From an uncultured Chloroflexia bacterium (lineage in GTDB: Bacteria > Chloroflexota > Limnocylindria > Limnocylindrales > CSP1-4), in contig CAWHXD010000008.1 of NCBI GenBank assembly GCA_963833225.1, positions 288,001 to 352,000 of the forward strand: 64,000 nucleotides of DNA. The letters run 5' to 3'. The notes beneath the pieces were generated by a model. It saw only the letters and a list, made by a program, of their open reading frames with translations. It made no database searches and had not been told where the DNA came from. Numbering within the stretch: the stretch's first letter is position 1; each line of letters opens with the position of its first letter. Position numbers and translations under genes: made by a program. Positions 25,953 through 36,654 of the stretch are shown in pieces.

Positions 25953-28400
25953 TCACCCGTCGCTGGTGGCCGTCTCCGCCACACGGACGCGGAAGTCGCG
26001 TCCCTCCCAGCGTCCGGGATCGGGCCACCAGAACGTGAACTCGACCGACGCGCCGGGCGCCAGGCGATCCGATCCCGGGACGTCGGCCAGCCAGACCCCG
26101 AGGCCCGTGTCGAGCGTCTCGAGGTCCGTCCACGTTGCGCCGCCGTCGACGGAGCAGTGGACCCGCGCCGGCGCCATGACCTCGAGGCGCAGGGTGCGTC
26201 CAGCGGGCATCGTGGGTCGCTGGGCCGTGAAGCGCCACGTCGCCCGCGTCGCGACGGGCCGCTTGCCCCGGTAGCGACGCCAGGCCGCCTCGGGGCGGTC
26301 GATGGAGTGGCCCAGGGCGATCGAGCGCACGAGCTTGATGTACTCCGCGTGCGCCCACGCCAGGGGCATCGCCGAGCCACTTGGCCGGCCGGGGTACAGG
26401 TTGTGTCCGGGGATCGGCGCCGTGTCCCAGACCTGCTCTGGCAGCATGCCCCCGCTCGACGCCATTCGGCGCATGGACTCCAGGTACGGGCGGGCGTCGC
26501 GGCCGGCGTCGAGCTCGTAGTGGCCGCGCTCCCCGGTCAGCAGCGGCCAGCCGCGACCGAGCCCGGTCCCATCGTACGGGCCGCCATCCTCGTGCTCGCC
26601 GTAGCCATCGCCCGTGTACCGATGCCAGACCGGGCCATTCGGGGTTTCCGTCCGGAGAAGCGCGTCGGCGACCGCGAGGCTCGCGACGATCCGCTGGTCA
26701 TCGGGCAGCCGGAGTCCGAACCGCACGAGCGCGATGAAGTCCGTGCCCACCATCTCGTCGGCTGGCACCATCGAGAACTCGGCCGGCCGGTTGCGCACCG
26801 GGACCGGCGTCGAGATCGGCGCCCCCGCGAGCACGTCTGGCGACGCGATCCGCACATAGGTCCCGTCAACGCCATGCGCCCGGGCAAGGCGGGAACCCCG
26901 CGCGTAGGTCCAGTCCTCGATCGAGGCGTTCCAGTCGTCGGCCAGCTCGAGACAGTAGGCGGCGGCCGGCCCCGGCAGGTGCTCCGCCGCGACCACGAGG
27001 GCGGCCACGACTGGCGCCAGCGTCGAGGGGCACAGCCCGGCGGTCTCCTCCCAGCGATCCTGGCTGGTGGATGGGCCGGTCCGGGCGATGAAGCCGGCGG
27101 CGCGCGCGATCATCGCGTCCAGGAAGCTTGCCGTGACAAGGTTCTGGAACGCCTCCACGTGGCTCCCGGTCTTGCCGTGCATGTGCGTGGCGCCGCTGCG
27201 GAGAGCCCCGGCCAGGAGGATCGGGTACGCCGCCTCGTCAAGCTGGAGGCCGCTCCAGTACGCGTCCCCATCCACCCACTGGTTCTGCGGCCAGTGCCCG
27301 TCCGGCTCCTGCGATGCGACCAGGTAGCCGAGCGTGCGACGGGCGGTTGCCGCGGCCCCCAGGGCCACGAACGCGCCTGCCGATTCGACGAGGTCGCGGG
27401 ACCACACGAGGTGGTAGCCGCCCCGGTCGTTGCGGGTGTTGCCCCACGGGATCGACAGGCTGGCCACGGTCGCGCCGGGCAGCGTCCGGTCCTGGTGGGA
27501 TCGCAACACGGCGGCCGAGGTCAGGTACAGGTCCCGGGATTGGGCGGGCAGGTCTGCCGGAGGGTCCGCCAGGGTGCGGACGTAGCCCTCCCAGTTGGTG
27601 ACGTACTCATTCCATGCCCCATCGAAATGGGTGGCCAGGGCCGCACAGGCCTCCAGCCCCGCCTCGTCGGGTGTGGCGCCGAACGCGAGGGCGAGGTGAG
27701 CGGTCCCGCCATCGAGCGCGAGCTCCGTCGTGCCGGCCACGTTCCCTGGACCGGCTTGACCATGGGTCCAGGTCATGCGGCCGTTCGCCGTGAAGTCCTG
27801 CCAGCCGTCGGACACCCCGACGTGACCGACGCCCTGGCGGAGCGGGACCGGATCCGAGGCCAGCGCCAGCGCCCAAGGCCCGTTCTGCGCGAACAGCATC
27901 GGCCGCCCCTTCGTCGCGCCGGTCCAGGCCCGCCCGTGCAGGCCGCCGAACCCCAGGTGCGGTGCCAGGAGCGGGTACAGCCGAAGCGGATGGGCCGCCC
28001 GTCCCGGGTCGCCGTCGGCACGCGTGTCGACGAGGCGCGCCTCGATCCGGATGACATCGGCATGGTCGTCCGCACAGATCCGCAGGATCAGCTCGTAGCG
28101 CGGGTGGCGATGGATGATCGTGATCGCGGGGATCCCGTCCCGCTCGTGGCGGACCTCGTGCTCGGCATCACGCTTGACCTCGCTCCAGAACCCGGCATCG
28201 TCGGCCACGATGAAGCCGAGGTCCCGGATCTGGGGCCTGTCGACGTGGGGCCAGTAGACCTCGTTGAGGATCCCGCGCCCGATCGTGAACCACACGCGGC
28301 TCGCGTAGTGGGAGGTTCCGATCGCGTCCTTGTCGCTGCTGGACCAGGTCGGCGGGATACCGGGCGCCCCCGGGGCGAGCGTGCCGCCCGGCCCGCTCAT
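25953..28400 (-). CDS. GH15 glucoamylase / glucan 1,4-alpha-glucosidase
   Basis: APGAPGIPPTW; GGYHLVWSRDL; QDRWEE; MLPEQVWD; PLAWAHAEY. Confidence 0.9.
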   Translation of the reverse strand: MSGPGGTLAPGAPGIPPTWSSSDKDAIGTSHYASRVWFTIGRGILNEVYWPHVDRPQIRDLGFIVADDAGFWSEVKRDAEHEVRHERDGIPAITIIHRHPRYELILRICADDHADVIRIEARLVDTRADGDPGRAAHPLRLYPLLAPHLGFGGLHGRAWTGATKGRPMLFAQNGPWALALASDPVPLRQGVGHVGVSDGWQDFTANGRMTWTHGQAGPGNVAGTTELALDGGTAHLALAFGATPDEAGLEACAALATHFDGAWNEYVTNWEGYVRTLADPPADLPAQSRDLYLTSAAVLRSHQDRTLPGATVASLSIPWGNTRNDRGGYHLVWSRDLVESAGAFVALGAAATARRTLGYLVASQEPDGHWPQNQWVDGDAYWSGLQLDEAAYPILLAGALRSGATHMHGKTGSHVEAFQNLVTASFLDAMIARAAGFIARTGPSTSQDRWEETAGLCPSTLAPVVAALVVAAEHLPGPAAAYCLELADDWNASIEDWTYARGSRLARAHGVDGTYVRIASPDVLAGAPISTPVPVRNRPAEFSMVPADEMVGTDFIALVRFGLRLPDDQRIVASLAVADALLRTETPNGPVWHRYTGDGYGEHEDGGPYDGTGLGRGWPLLTGERGHYELDAGRDARPYLESMRRMASSGGMLPEQVWDTAPIPGHNLYPGRPSGSAMPLAWAHAEYIKLVRSIALGHSIDRPEAAWRRYRGKRPVATRATWRFTAQRPTMPAGRTLRLEVMAPARVHCSVDGGATWTDLETLDTGLGVWLADVPGSDRLAPGASVEFTFWWPDPGRWEGRDFRVRVAETATSDG

Positions 28401-29818
28401 CCGGCGACTCCGGTTCGCGCCGCGGGCTCGTGCCACCGGTCGCCTCGGACGAGGACGCTCGCGGCCTCCGGCGGGCCCCAGGACCCGGGCTCGTACACGA
28501 GTGGCGGGGGGGTCTGCGCCAGGACGCCATCCACGATCCGCCACGCCGCCTCAACCGAGTCCTCGCGAGCGAACAGGGACTGGTCGCCCCGGATCGCGTC
28601 GCCGATCAGGCGCTGGTACGGCGGCCGTTCCGTGCCGGCCTGGTGCGAGGCGTACAGCTCGACGGCCTCGCCGACCATGGCCTCGCCGGGCTTCTTGGCG
28701 CGTGCTCCAAGCGAGATCGACATGTCGGGCGACAGCCGGAACCGGAAGGCGCTTGCGTCCGCGGGCTCCGGCTCATCGAACACGGCCTGCGGCGGGCGGC
28801 GCATCTCGACGAGGACCTCGGTCGCGGTGACGGGCAGGCACTTGCCGGTCCGGATGTAGAACGGCACGCCGCCCCAGCGCCAGGTGTCGACGTGCAGGCG
28901 GAGGGCCGCGAATGTCTCCACCGTGGAGTCCGGAGCGACCCCCTTGACCTCCCGGTAGCCCCGGTACTGACCGCGCACGAGGTCGGCCGGTGCCACGGGC
29001 CGGATGGAATCGAGGACCTTGAACTGCTCGTTTCGGACGGCCTCGGGCGTGTGGCCCGACGGGGCCTCCATCGCGAGCAGGCTGACGACCTGGAGGAGGT
29101 GGTTCTGGACCACATCGCGGATCGCTCCCGCCTGGTCATAGAACGCCCCTCGGTCAGCGACATCGAGCGCCTCGGGCATGTTGACCTGGATGCTGGCGAC
29201 GTGGTCGCGATTCCAGATCGGCTCGAGGAACGAGTTGGCGAACCGGAAGTAGAGCAGGTTCTGCACCGGCTCCTTGCCCAGGTAGTGGTCGATGCGGAAG
29301 ATGGCCGGCTCGGGGAACACCGCGTGGATCGTCTCGTTGAGGGCCACCGCCGAGGCGAGGTCCTGCCCGAACGGCTTCTCAACGATGATCCGCGCCCCGG
29401 CCGCGCACCCGGACGCCTCCAGGTGGCCGACCACCTCCGCGAACAGCGCCGGCGGGATGGCGAGGTAGTGCAGCGGATGCTGCGCTTCGCCGAGCTCCTG
29501 CCGAAGGGCGTGGAACGTCTCGGCGTCGTCGTCGGAGCCCTTGACGTAGCGCAGGCGGTCCGTCAGCGCCCGGATCGCGTCGGGATCGCCGATTCCATGG
29601 GCTTCGAGGCTCTGCCGGGCGCGCACCTTGAGGCTGTCCAGGTCGCCCGAACGGGCGACCCCGATGATCGGCACCTCCAGACCCTCGTCACGGATGAGCC
29701 CGGCGAGGGCCGGAAAGATCTGCTTGAAGGCAAGGTCGCCGGTCGCCCCGAAGAAGACGACGGCGTCGGAGGGCTGGGCGGCGCTGGCGGCAGCCCGCCG
29801 GCCGGAGCTGGCAGTCAC
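28397..29818 (-). CDS. zwf: Glucose-6-phosphate 1-dehydrogenase
   Basis: GATGDLA; RIDHYLGKE; [10 protein letters not shown]. Confidence 0.95.
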   Translation of the reverse strand: MTASSGRRAAASAAQPSDAVVFFGATGDLAFKQIFPALAGLIRDEGLEVPIIGVARSGDLDSLKVRARQSLEAHGIGDPDAIRALTDRLRYVKGSDDDAETFHALRQELGEAQHPLHYLAIPPALFAEVVGHLEASGCAAGARIIVEKPFGQDLASAVALNETIHAVFPEPAIFRIDHYLGKEPVQNLLYFRFANSFLEPIWNRDHVASIQVNMPEALDVADRGAFYDQAGAIRDVVQNHLLQVVSLLAMEAPSGHTPEAVRNEQFKVLDSIRPVAPADLVRGQYRGYREVKGVAPDSTVETFAALRLHVDTWRWGGVPFYIRTGKCLPVTATEVLVEMRRPPQAVFDEPEPADASAFRFRLSPDMSISLGARAKKPGEAMVGEAVELYASHQAGTERPPYQRLIGDAIRGDQSLFAREDSVEAAWRIVDGVLAQTPPPLVYEPGSWGPPEAASVLVRGDRWHEPAARTGVAG

Positions 29819-29825
29819 GGTCAGG

Positions 29826-30845
29826 CTAGCCCTTGCCTTCCTCGTGGCCACCGAACCCGAAGCGCATCGCGGACAGGACCCGGTCGGCGAAGTCGGCCTC
29901 GCCGCGCGACATGAAGCGCTCGTACAGGGCCGTGGTCAGGACCGGGACCGGAGCCCCCACGTCGATGGCGGCGATGCTGGTCCAGCGGCCCTCGCCGGAG
30001 TCCGAGACCCGGCCCGCATAGTCGGACAGGTCCCCGCTGCGCAGGAACCCCTCGGCGGTCAGGTCGAGCAGCCACGAAGCGATCACGCTGCCGCGCCGCC
30101 AGACCTCGGTCACGGCCGGGATGTCGAGCTGGTACTGGTACAGCTCCGGGTCACGCAGCGGCGTGACCTCGGCGCTCACCTCGCGCTGGTGCAGGCCGGC
30201 GTCGGCATGCCGGAGGATGTTCAGCCCCTCGGCATAGGCGGCCATCACGCCGTACTCGATCCCGTTGTGGACCATCTTGACGAAGTGGCCGGCGCCGCTC
30301 GGTCCGCAGTGCAGGTAGCCGTTCTCGGCAGCATCGGGCGTTCCCGTCCGCCCGGGTGTCCGGGGCGCCGCATCCACGCCCGGGGCCAGGGCACGAAAGA
30401 CGGGGTCGAGACGCTCCACGGCGTCGCTCGAGCCGCCGATCATCAGGCAGTAGCCGCGCTCCAGGCCGACGACCCCGCCGCTCGTCCCGCAGTCGAGGTA
30501 GGCGATCCCCTTCGGCGCCAGCGCCGCGGACCGACGGATGTCGTCCACGTAGTGGGAGTTGCCGCCGTCAACGACGACATCGCCGGGGGCCAGGAGCGGC
30601 ACGATCTGGTCGAGCGTCGCGTCGACGGCGGCCGCAGGGACCATCAGCCACAGGAGCCTCGGCGTCGCGAGCTGGCTCACCAGGTCGACGAGCGACGTGG
30701 CACCGGACGAGATGGCGCCGTCCGCGACGAGCCCGTCCACCGTCTCGGCGTGGCGCGCATAGCCGACAACGGCGTGGCCGGCCCCCAGCCACCGGCGCGA
30801 CATGTTGGCGCCCATCCTGCCCAGTCCAATGAGTCCGATCTGCAT
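29826..30845 (-). CDS. gnd: 6-phosphogluconate dehydrogenase (short, decarboxylating type)
   Basis: MQIGLIGLGRMG; GAGHFVKMVHNGIEY; SDSGEGRW; MRFGFGGH. Confidence 0.93.
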   Translation of the reverse strand: MQIGLIGLGRMGANMSRRWLGAGHAVVGYARHAETVDGLVADGAISSGATSLVDLVSQLATPRLLWLMVPAAAVDATLDQIVPLLAPGDVVVDGGNSHYVDDIRRSAALAPKGIAYLDCGTSGGVVGLERGYCLMIGGSSDAVERLDPVFRALAPGVDAAPRTPGRTGTPDAAENGYLHCGPSGAGHFVKMVHNGIEYGVMAAYAEGLNILRHADAGLHQREVSAEVTPLRDPELYQYQLDIPAVTEVWRRGSVIASWLLDLTAEGFLRSGDLSDYAGRVSDSGEGRWTSIAAIDVGAPVPVLTTALYERFMSRGEADFADRVLSAMRFGFGGHEEGKG

Positions 30846-30970
30846 GGTCATCTCCCGAAGAGGCGCGGCGGCCCGCTCCGGATGATCATCCACCGTCCCC
30901 GGGAATCGTGCGGGCGCCCGTCGACGCGCCAGCAGGCGGCGATGCGGGCATCCGGGCTACGCTGCCGGTA

Positions 30971-31351
30971 ATGGACGCGCCGATCGACGACGACACGTTC
31001 GAGAGCTGGGTGGTCGAGGCGATCGACGCCCTCCCGCCGCAGTTCCGTGAGCGGCTTGGCAGCGTGGCGATCGTGATCGAGGACTGGGCGACGCCCGAGC
31101 AGCTCGCCGTGACCCACGCCCACGGCCTATATGGCCTCTACTCCGGCGTCCCCCGCAGCCGGCTCGGGGCCGACTGGGCGACCACGCCGTCAAGGATCAC
31201 GATCTACCGTGGCCAGCTCGAAGCCCACTTCCGCACGCCTGCGGCGCTCCGGGCGAAGGTGATCGATACGGTCCACCACGAGATCGCCCACCACTTCGGG
31301 ATCTCCGACGACCGACTCCAGGAGCTCGCGAGGGACCGGGGCACCCCGTAG
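30971..31351 (+). CDS. Zinicin-like metallopeptidase family protein
   Basis: LYGLYSGVP; HEIAHHFGI. Confidence 0.85.
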   Translation: MDAPIDDDTFESWVVEAIDALPPQFRERLGSVAIVIEDWATPEQLAVTHAHGLYGLYSGVPRSRLGADWATTPSRITIYRGQLEAHFRTPAALRAKVIDTVHHEIAHHFGISDDRLQELARDRGTP

Positions 31352-31373
31352 GGCCCGCTGCCATACTCCACCC

Positions 31374-32069
31374 GTGGACGCGCGCATCCTGCTGGTGGAG
31401 GACGACCCGTCGATCCGGGAGGTCGTGGCGCTGGGGCTCCGCACGGCCGGGTTCGAGGTCGAGACCGCGAGCGACGGCGAAGAGGGCCTGGCCCGGTGGC
31501 GCTCCGGATCGCCGGACCTTGTCCTGCTTGACGTGATGCTGCCGCGCCTGGACGGGCTGGAGGTCTGCCGGGCGATCCGCCGCGAATCCACGACCCCGGT
31601 GGTCATGCTGACCGCGCGCGGCGACACGATCGACGTGGTCGTCGGGCTGGAGTCGGGCGCAGACGACTACGTGCGCAAGCCGTTCGAGATGCCCGAGCTC
31701 GTCGCCAGGATCCGGGCCGCCCTGCGCCGCCAGCGGGCCGAAGCCGGACCCGGCGAGGTCGCGCTCCTGCAGCTGGGCCCGCTCAGGATCGACACGGCCG
31801 GGCGCAGCGTGGACCGTGATGGGGTCGAGCTCGCGCTCACCCGCACCGAGTTCGATCTGCTGGTCGAGCTTGCCCGTCACCCCGGCCAGGTGTTCACCCG
31901 CGAGATGCTGCTGGACCGCGTCTGGGGCTACGACTACCTCGGTGATTCGCGCCTGGTGGATGTCGCGGTCGGCCGGCTTCGGGCGCGGATCGAGAGGGAC
32001 CCGGCCGTCCCGGAGCTGGTGCTCACGGTGCGCGGGACCGGGTACAAGACCGCCCGGCCGGGAACATAG
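31374..32069 (+). CDS. OmpR-family response regulator (MtrA-like)
   Basis: DVVVGLESGADDY; VWGYDYLGDSRLVDV; TVRGTGYK. Confidence 0.92.
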   Translation: MDARILLVEDDPSIREVVALGLRTAGFEVETASDGEEGLARWRSGSPDLVLLDVMLPRLDGLEVCRAIRRESTTPVVMLTARGDTIDVVVGLESGADDYVRKPFEMPELVARIRAALRRQRAEAGPGEVALLQLGPLRIDTAGRSVDRDGVELALTRTEFDLLVELARHPGQVFTREMLLDRVWGYDYLGDSRLVDVAVGRLRARIERDPAVPELVLTVRGTGYKTARPGT

Positions 32070-32081
32070 GCGCCGGTGGGC

Positions 32082-33563
32082 ATGGGCATCCGCGGCCGAC
32101 TCGCGCTGACGGTCGTCGGGCTGGTCGCGATCACCGTGGCCTCCATCGGCGTTGGCGTCTACGCGTTCGTCGATCTCTCGTTGCGGACACGGGCCGTCGC
32201 CGACGCCCGCCAGCAGGTCGACTACGACCTGTCCGTCCTGCTTCCCGGAGCGGATCCAGCGCCGGTCGACGTCGCCACGTTCCGGGCCAGCGGGCTGCCC
32301 ACGGCGTTCGCGCTCAATGGCACCGAGCGGTTCCTGGTGGACTTCGGCGACGGCACGTTGCTCGCCTGGCCGGACGCGGACCGGAATCCCGCCAGCTCGG
32401 CGCCGACGGCGGCGTCGATCGCCCCCGAGCTGCGGGCAATCGTGGCCCGGGGCGAGATCGGGTACGCGTGGCAGGATGTCGCCGGGGATCCGTCGCTGGT
32501 GATCGGCGGCCGCCAGGGCGGCGACCCGGAGCTCTACTTCGTGTTCCCGGCACAACCCCTCGAAACGGTCCTCGCGCAGCTTCGCCTGGGCCTGCTCGCC
32601 GCCGCGGCGGCAGCGATCGGCGTCGCGCTGATCGTGGCCGGCCTCATCTCGCGCTGGCTGCTGCGTCCGCTGGCGGACGCGAGCCGCGCCGCGCGGACGA
32701 TCGCCGGTGGCGACCTGTCGGCACGGGTCCCTGAGCGAGGGCGCGACGAGGTCGGGCGGTGGGCGGTCGACTTCAACCGGATGGCCGACGGGCTGGACCG
32801 GACGATCGCGCGCCTGGAGGCCTCCCAGCAGCAGAACCGGCTGTTCGTGGCTGACGTGGCGCACGAGCTGCGCACGCCGGTTACGGCCCTCGTCGCGGAG
32901 GCGTCGCTGCTCGAGGGCCAGCTGCCGACCATCCCTGCGGAGTCCCGGCGCGCCGCGGAGCTCATGGTCACCGACATCCGGCGGCTGCGGATCCTGGTGG
33001 ACGACCTGATGGAGATCTCGCGCTTTGACGCGGGTGCCGAGCGCCTCGCCTCGGAGCCGGTGGACCTGGGGCGCATCGTCACGGGCGCGGTCGCCGCACG
33101 GCTGCCCGACGCCGCCGTGGCGTTGCCGGCTCGGCCGTTGATCGTCGACTCCGACCCGCGCCGGCTTGACCGCATCCTGGGCAACCTGCTCGACAACGCC
33201 CGCGAGCATGCGCCCGGATCCCCGGTGGAGGTCGCGCTCCAGGCGACCCGTGACGGGCCGGTGATCGTCGTCGCCGACCGTGGGCCGGGTGTGCCCCGCG
33301 ACGCGGTCGCTCACCTGTTCGAACGGTTCTACAAGGCCGATCCTTCGCGGGCGGGTGGCAGCTCGGGCCTCGGTCTCGCCATCGCGGCGGAGCATGCGAC
33401 GCTGCTGGGCGGGTCCCTCCGTGCCCGGGCGCGGCCCGGAGGGGGCATGGTGTTCGCCCTCTCGCTGCCGGTGACGGGACTGTTACCCCCGGGCGAGCCT
33501 TCCGATACCGAGACGGACCAGGATGGTGTGGCCCTCGAGACCACACTTGGGACCCAGCCATGA
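32082..33563 (+). CDS. Sensor histidine kinase (MtrB-like)
   Basis: Two TMs, HAMP, DVAHELRTP, LMEISRFDAG, FYKADPSR, SGLGLAIA. Confidence 0.92.
   Translation: MGIRGRLALTVVGLVAITVASIGVGVYAFVDLSLRTRAVADARQQVDYDLSVLLPGADPAPVDVATFRASGLPTAFALNGTERFLVDFGDGTLLAWPDADRNPASSAPTAASIAPELRAIVARGEIGYAWQDVAGDPSLVIGGRQGGDPELYFVFPAQPLETVLAQLRLGLLAAAAAAIGVALIVAGLISRWLLRPLADASRAARTIAGGDLSARVPERGRDEVGRWAVDFNRMADGLDRTIARLEASQQQNRLFVADVAHELRTPVTALVAEASLLEGQLPTIPAESRRAAELMVTDIRRLRILVDDLMEISRFDAGAERLASEPVDLGRIVTGAVAARLPDAAVALPARPLIVDSDPRRLDRILGNLLDNAREHAPGSPVEVALQATRDGPVIVVADRGPGVPRDAVAHLFERFYKADPSRAGGSSGLGLAIAAEHATLLGGSLRARARPGGGMVFALSLPVTGLLPPGEPSDTETDQDGVALETTLGTQP
33471..33486 (+). promoter_or_regulatory. GTnAC-N6-GTnAC box (MtrA/GlnR type)
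   Basis: GTGAC-gggact-GTTAC in the 3' end of the kinase gene, ~75 nt upstream of the lipoprotein start. Confidence 0.5.
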
Positions 33564-34546
33564 AGCCTTCCGTGCGTTCTGTCAGGGCCGCTGCCCTCGT
33601 GGCAACGATCGCCATGCTCGCGGCCGCGTGCGCGCCGGCAGCCGGGCCGCTTGGCACTCCGGCCAGCCCCGCAGCCGTGGCCGACAGCCCGGGCGCCCCT
33701 GCTCCTTCGGACGCTGCGCCCGAGTCCCCGTCTGCTGCCGCGACCTCGGTGCCCGAGCCGTCGTCGTCCGCGATCCCGGGCGGCGCCAGCCCGTCGGCGG
33801 CGGCAACCCCCGAGCCGACCGCCTCGCCGACCGCCACCACGCTCGTCCGCGCCTATTTCATGCTCGGGTCATCCACCGACAACGCCGGGCTGGTCCCGGT
33901 CCTGCGCCGGGTCCCGGAGACCAAGGCGCTCGCGCGTGCCGCGCTGACCGCGCTGCTCGAGGGCCCGAAGGGGGCCGAGCTCGAAGCGTCGCCCGCGATG
34001 TCCACGAGCATCCCCGGGGGGGTGAAGATCCTCGACCTTGCCATCAGCAGCGGCGTCGCCAAGGTCGTCCTGTCGAGCGGGTGGAGCGGCGCAGCGGCAT
34101 CCTTCACCGAGGGCACCGCAACCGCCCAGGTCGTCTACACCCTCACCCAGTTCTCCACCGTCAACAAGGTGCGGCTCCAGATCGAGGGCGCAGAACCGGG
34201 GGCAACGGTCGGGCGCTCCGACTTCCAGCTGCCTGGGCTGCTGCCGGCGATCTTCGTGGACCGCCCGGCCTGGGGTGCCGCGGCCGGCAACCCGATGCGC
34301 CTCACCGGGATCGCCAACGTGTTCGAGGCCCAGTTCATGGTCCAGCTGCTGGACGGCAAGGGCCACGTCCTCGTCGAGCAGCCGGTCAAGGCAAGCTGCG
34401 GGACCGGCTGCTGGGGGACGTTCAAGACCGACGTCGCCTACGAGATCGGAAAGGCCCAGTACGGCACGCTCCGGGTCTTCGAGCCCTCGGCCAAGGACGG
34501 GTCGCCGGTCAACGTGACCGAGTACCGGGTCTGGCTCGCCCCCTGA
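33560..34546 (+). CDS. Lipoprotein with GerMN and Gmad2 Ig-like domains
   Basis: Lipobox LAAAC; ALLEGP...AQVVYTLTQFSTV; GIANVFEA...GCWGTF. Confidence 0.8.
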   Translation: MKPSVRSVRAAALVATIAMLAAACAPAAGPLGTPASPAAVADSPGAPAPSDAAPESPSAAATSVPEPSSSAIPGGASPSAAATPEPTASPTATTLVRAYFMLGSSTDNAGLVPVLRRVPETKALARAALTALLEGPKGAELEASPAMSTSIPGGVKILDLAISSGVAKVVLSSGWSGAAASFTEGTATAQVVYTLTQFSTVNKVRLQIEGAEPGATVGRSDFQLPGLLPAIFVDRPAWGAAAGNPMRLTGIANVFEAQFMVQLLDGKGHVLVEQPVKASCGTGCWGTFKTDVAYEIGKAQYGTLRVFEPSAKDGSPVNVTEYRVWLAP

Positions 34547-34588
34547 CGGCGAACGCGACCGTTGCCCGAAGCCCGGGCCCCCGACCGG

Positions 34589-35545
34589 TCAGCCGAAGCT
34601 GGCGACCGCCTCGATCAGCAGGTCGCCGAACGCACCCCGGTCGATGTCGAGCGCGACGTCCACGTTCGGGACCTGGCCGGGTTGCCCCCGGTCGTCCACG
34701 ACGGTCCGGCCCCTCGTGATGTCGGAGTCGACCGCGACGTCCACGTGGTAGCGGTGCGTGGTCACGAGCTCCGGCAGCGCGACCGCCGCGACGGCGACGG
34801 CGTCGTGGATCGGCGTGTCGGCGGTCCCGTAGCGCTCGAGGTGGAACCGCGTGAAGAACAGCAGCAGGTCCGCGAAGACCCCCGCGGCACGCGTGCCAAG
34901 CGCCCGCATCCGGTCGATCTCCGCCAACCCGAACAGCGCCTTGTGGGTCACGTCGAGGCCGCACATCGTGATCGGCAGGCCGCTGCGGAAGACGATCCGT
35001 GCCGCCTCGGGGTCCACCCAGATGTTGAACTCGGCGGCGGGTGTCCAATTGCCGGCGCGCATCGCGCCGCCCATCAGCGAGATGTGCGTGATCCGGTCCG
35101 CGAGATGCGGATAGGTCCGGAGCAGGAGCGCGATGTTGGTCAACGGCCCGGTGGGGATCAGCGTCACGGGCGCCGCGGCCTCGGCGAGGGTGGCCCGCAG
35201 GAACTCGAGGGCGCCCTCCGGGCGCGGGGCGGAGACCGGCTCCGGGAGGTCGGCGCCATCGAGGCCGCTCGTCCCGTGGACCTCGGGGGCGGTCTCAAGC
35301 GTACGGACGAGCGGCTGTGCGGCGCCCGCCGCGACCGGCACGTCCGGGCGACCCAGGAGCGCGAGCACGCGGAGGGCATTGAGCGTCGTCGCGGCCAGGG
35401 GCGCATTGCCACCGACGGTCGTGATGCCCAGCACCTTGAGCTCCGGGCGCGAGAGGGCGAGCGTGATCGCGAGGGCGTCATCGTGCCCCGGGTCGCAGTC
35501 GAGGATGACCGGGATAGGCGTCCTGGACGCCGCGGAACCGGTCAC
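34589..35545 (-). CDS. Nucleoside hydrolase (IUNH family)
   Basis: DCDPGHDDA; GPLTNIA; AEFNIWVDPEAA; HDA. Confidence 0.93.
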   Translation of the reverse strand: MTGSAASRTPIPVILDCDPGHDDALAITLALSRPELKVLGITTVGGNAPLAATTLNALRVLALLGRPDVPVAAGAAQPLVRTLETAPEVHGTSGLDGADLPEPVSAPRPEGALEFLRATLAEAAAPVTLIPTGPLTNIALLLRTYPHLADRITHISLMGGAMRAGNWTPAAEFNIWVDPEAARIVFRSGLPITMCGLDVTHKALFGLAEIDRMRALGTRAAGVFADLLLFFTRFHLERYGTADTPIHDAVAVAAVALPELVTTHRYHVDVAVDSDITRGRTVVDDRGQPGQVPNVDVALDIDRGAFGDLLIEAVASFG

Positions 35546-36591
35546 GGGAGCCTCGCGAAGGCGTCCACGAGCAGGCGGGTGAAGCGTTCGCGATCGATCA
35601 CGATGCCCACGTCGGCATTCGGGCTGCGTCCGTCGCGTCGCAGGCGGTATGGGAGTCCATCGCAGACCGTTCGGCCGCGGGCCGGTCCGCCCGTGGTGTC
35701 CACGGCAACGTGGTAGCGCGCGACCGCGACCAGGTCCGGCACCAGCAGGTGGGCGATCGCGACCGCGTCATGGATCGCGGTGGTGGCGGCCCCGGACCAT
35801 TCGAGGTTCCGGTCGAGCGCGTAGTCCGTGAGGTCCGCCGCGACACGCCCCGAGGCGGTCCCGAGCCCACGGAGCTCGCGGGCGGCAGTGCGATCCAGCA
35901 GCGCCTGGTGGGTGACGTCGAGACCGATCATCGTGATCGGGATCCCGGACCGGAAGACGACATCCGCGGCCTCTGGGTCGGCCACGATGTTGAACTCCGC
36001 GGAGGCGGTCGTGTTGCCCTCACCGATCGAGCCCCCCATCAGGCACAGGTGGGCGATCCGGGATGCCAGGTGCGGGTGGAGACGCAGCAGCAGGGCGATG
36101 TTCGTGAGCGGGCCAATCGGCGCGATCACGACCGGCTCCGGACTCTCGGCGATGAGCCGGGCCATCAATGCCACGGCTCCCTCGGGGAGCGGGGCGTTGA
36201 CCGCGGGCGGGAGCTGGATCGTGCCGATGCCACTCTCCCCATGGACCTCGGTGGCCCGCACGACCGAGCCCAGGAGCGCCCCGGCGGCACCCTCGGCGAC
36301 CGGCACGTCGTCGCGCCCGTAGACATGGAGGAGCCCGAGCGCGTTCTCCGTGCAGCGGGTCACATCCGCGTTGCCACCCACCGTGGTCACCGCGAGCAGG
36401 CGCAGCGCCGGGCTGGCCGCGGCGAGGCCGATCGCGAGCGCGTCGTCCAGGCCAGGGTCGCTGTCGATGATCAGCGGCAGCGGCCGATCGGGTGTCCCGA
36501 ACGGGGCCGAGCGCTCACCCGCGGCGGCCTTGTGGTAGGTGGGGATCGCGTGGACCTCTCCCCACTCATTGACGTTGTAGCCGGCGCTCAC
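35542..36591 (-). CDS. Nucleoside hydrolase (IUNH family)
   Basis: DSDPGLDDA; GPLTNIA; AEFNIVADPEAA; HDA. Confidence 0.93.
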   Translation of the reverse strand: MSAGYNVNEWGEVHAIPTYHKAAAGERSAPFGTPDRPLPLIIDSDPGLDDALAIGLAAASPALRLLAVTTVGGNADVTRCTENALGLLHVYGRDDVPVAEGAAGALLGSVVRATEVHGESGIGTIQLPPAVNAPLPEGAVALMARLIAESPEPVVIAPIGPLTNIALLLRLHPHLASRIAHLCLMGGSIGEGNTTASAEFNIVADPEAADVVFRSGIPITMIGLDVTHQALLDRTAARELRGLGTASGRVAADLTDYALDRNLEWSGAATTAIHDAVAIAHLLVPDLVAVARYHVAVDTTGGPARGRTVCDGLPYRLRRDGRSPNADVGIVIDRERFTRLLVDAFARLP

Positions 36592-36654
36592 CGGGACATC
36601 AGCCCGGCCCGAAGGCGCGGCCTGCGTCGAACGAGTCGCGCCATCGAATGCCCG

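Noticed and set aside
21777-28859. Long antisense ORFs (e.g. 21777-23690 +, 26157-28859 +, and similar elsewhere)
   Set aside because: Shadow frames of real genes, expected with high-GC codon usage; no recognisable motifs.
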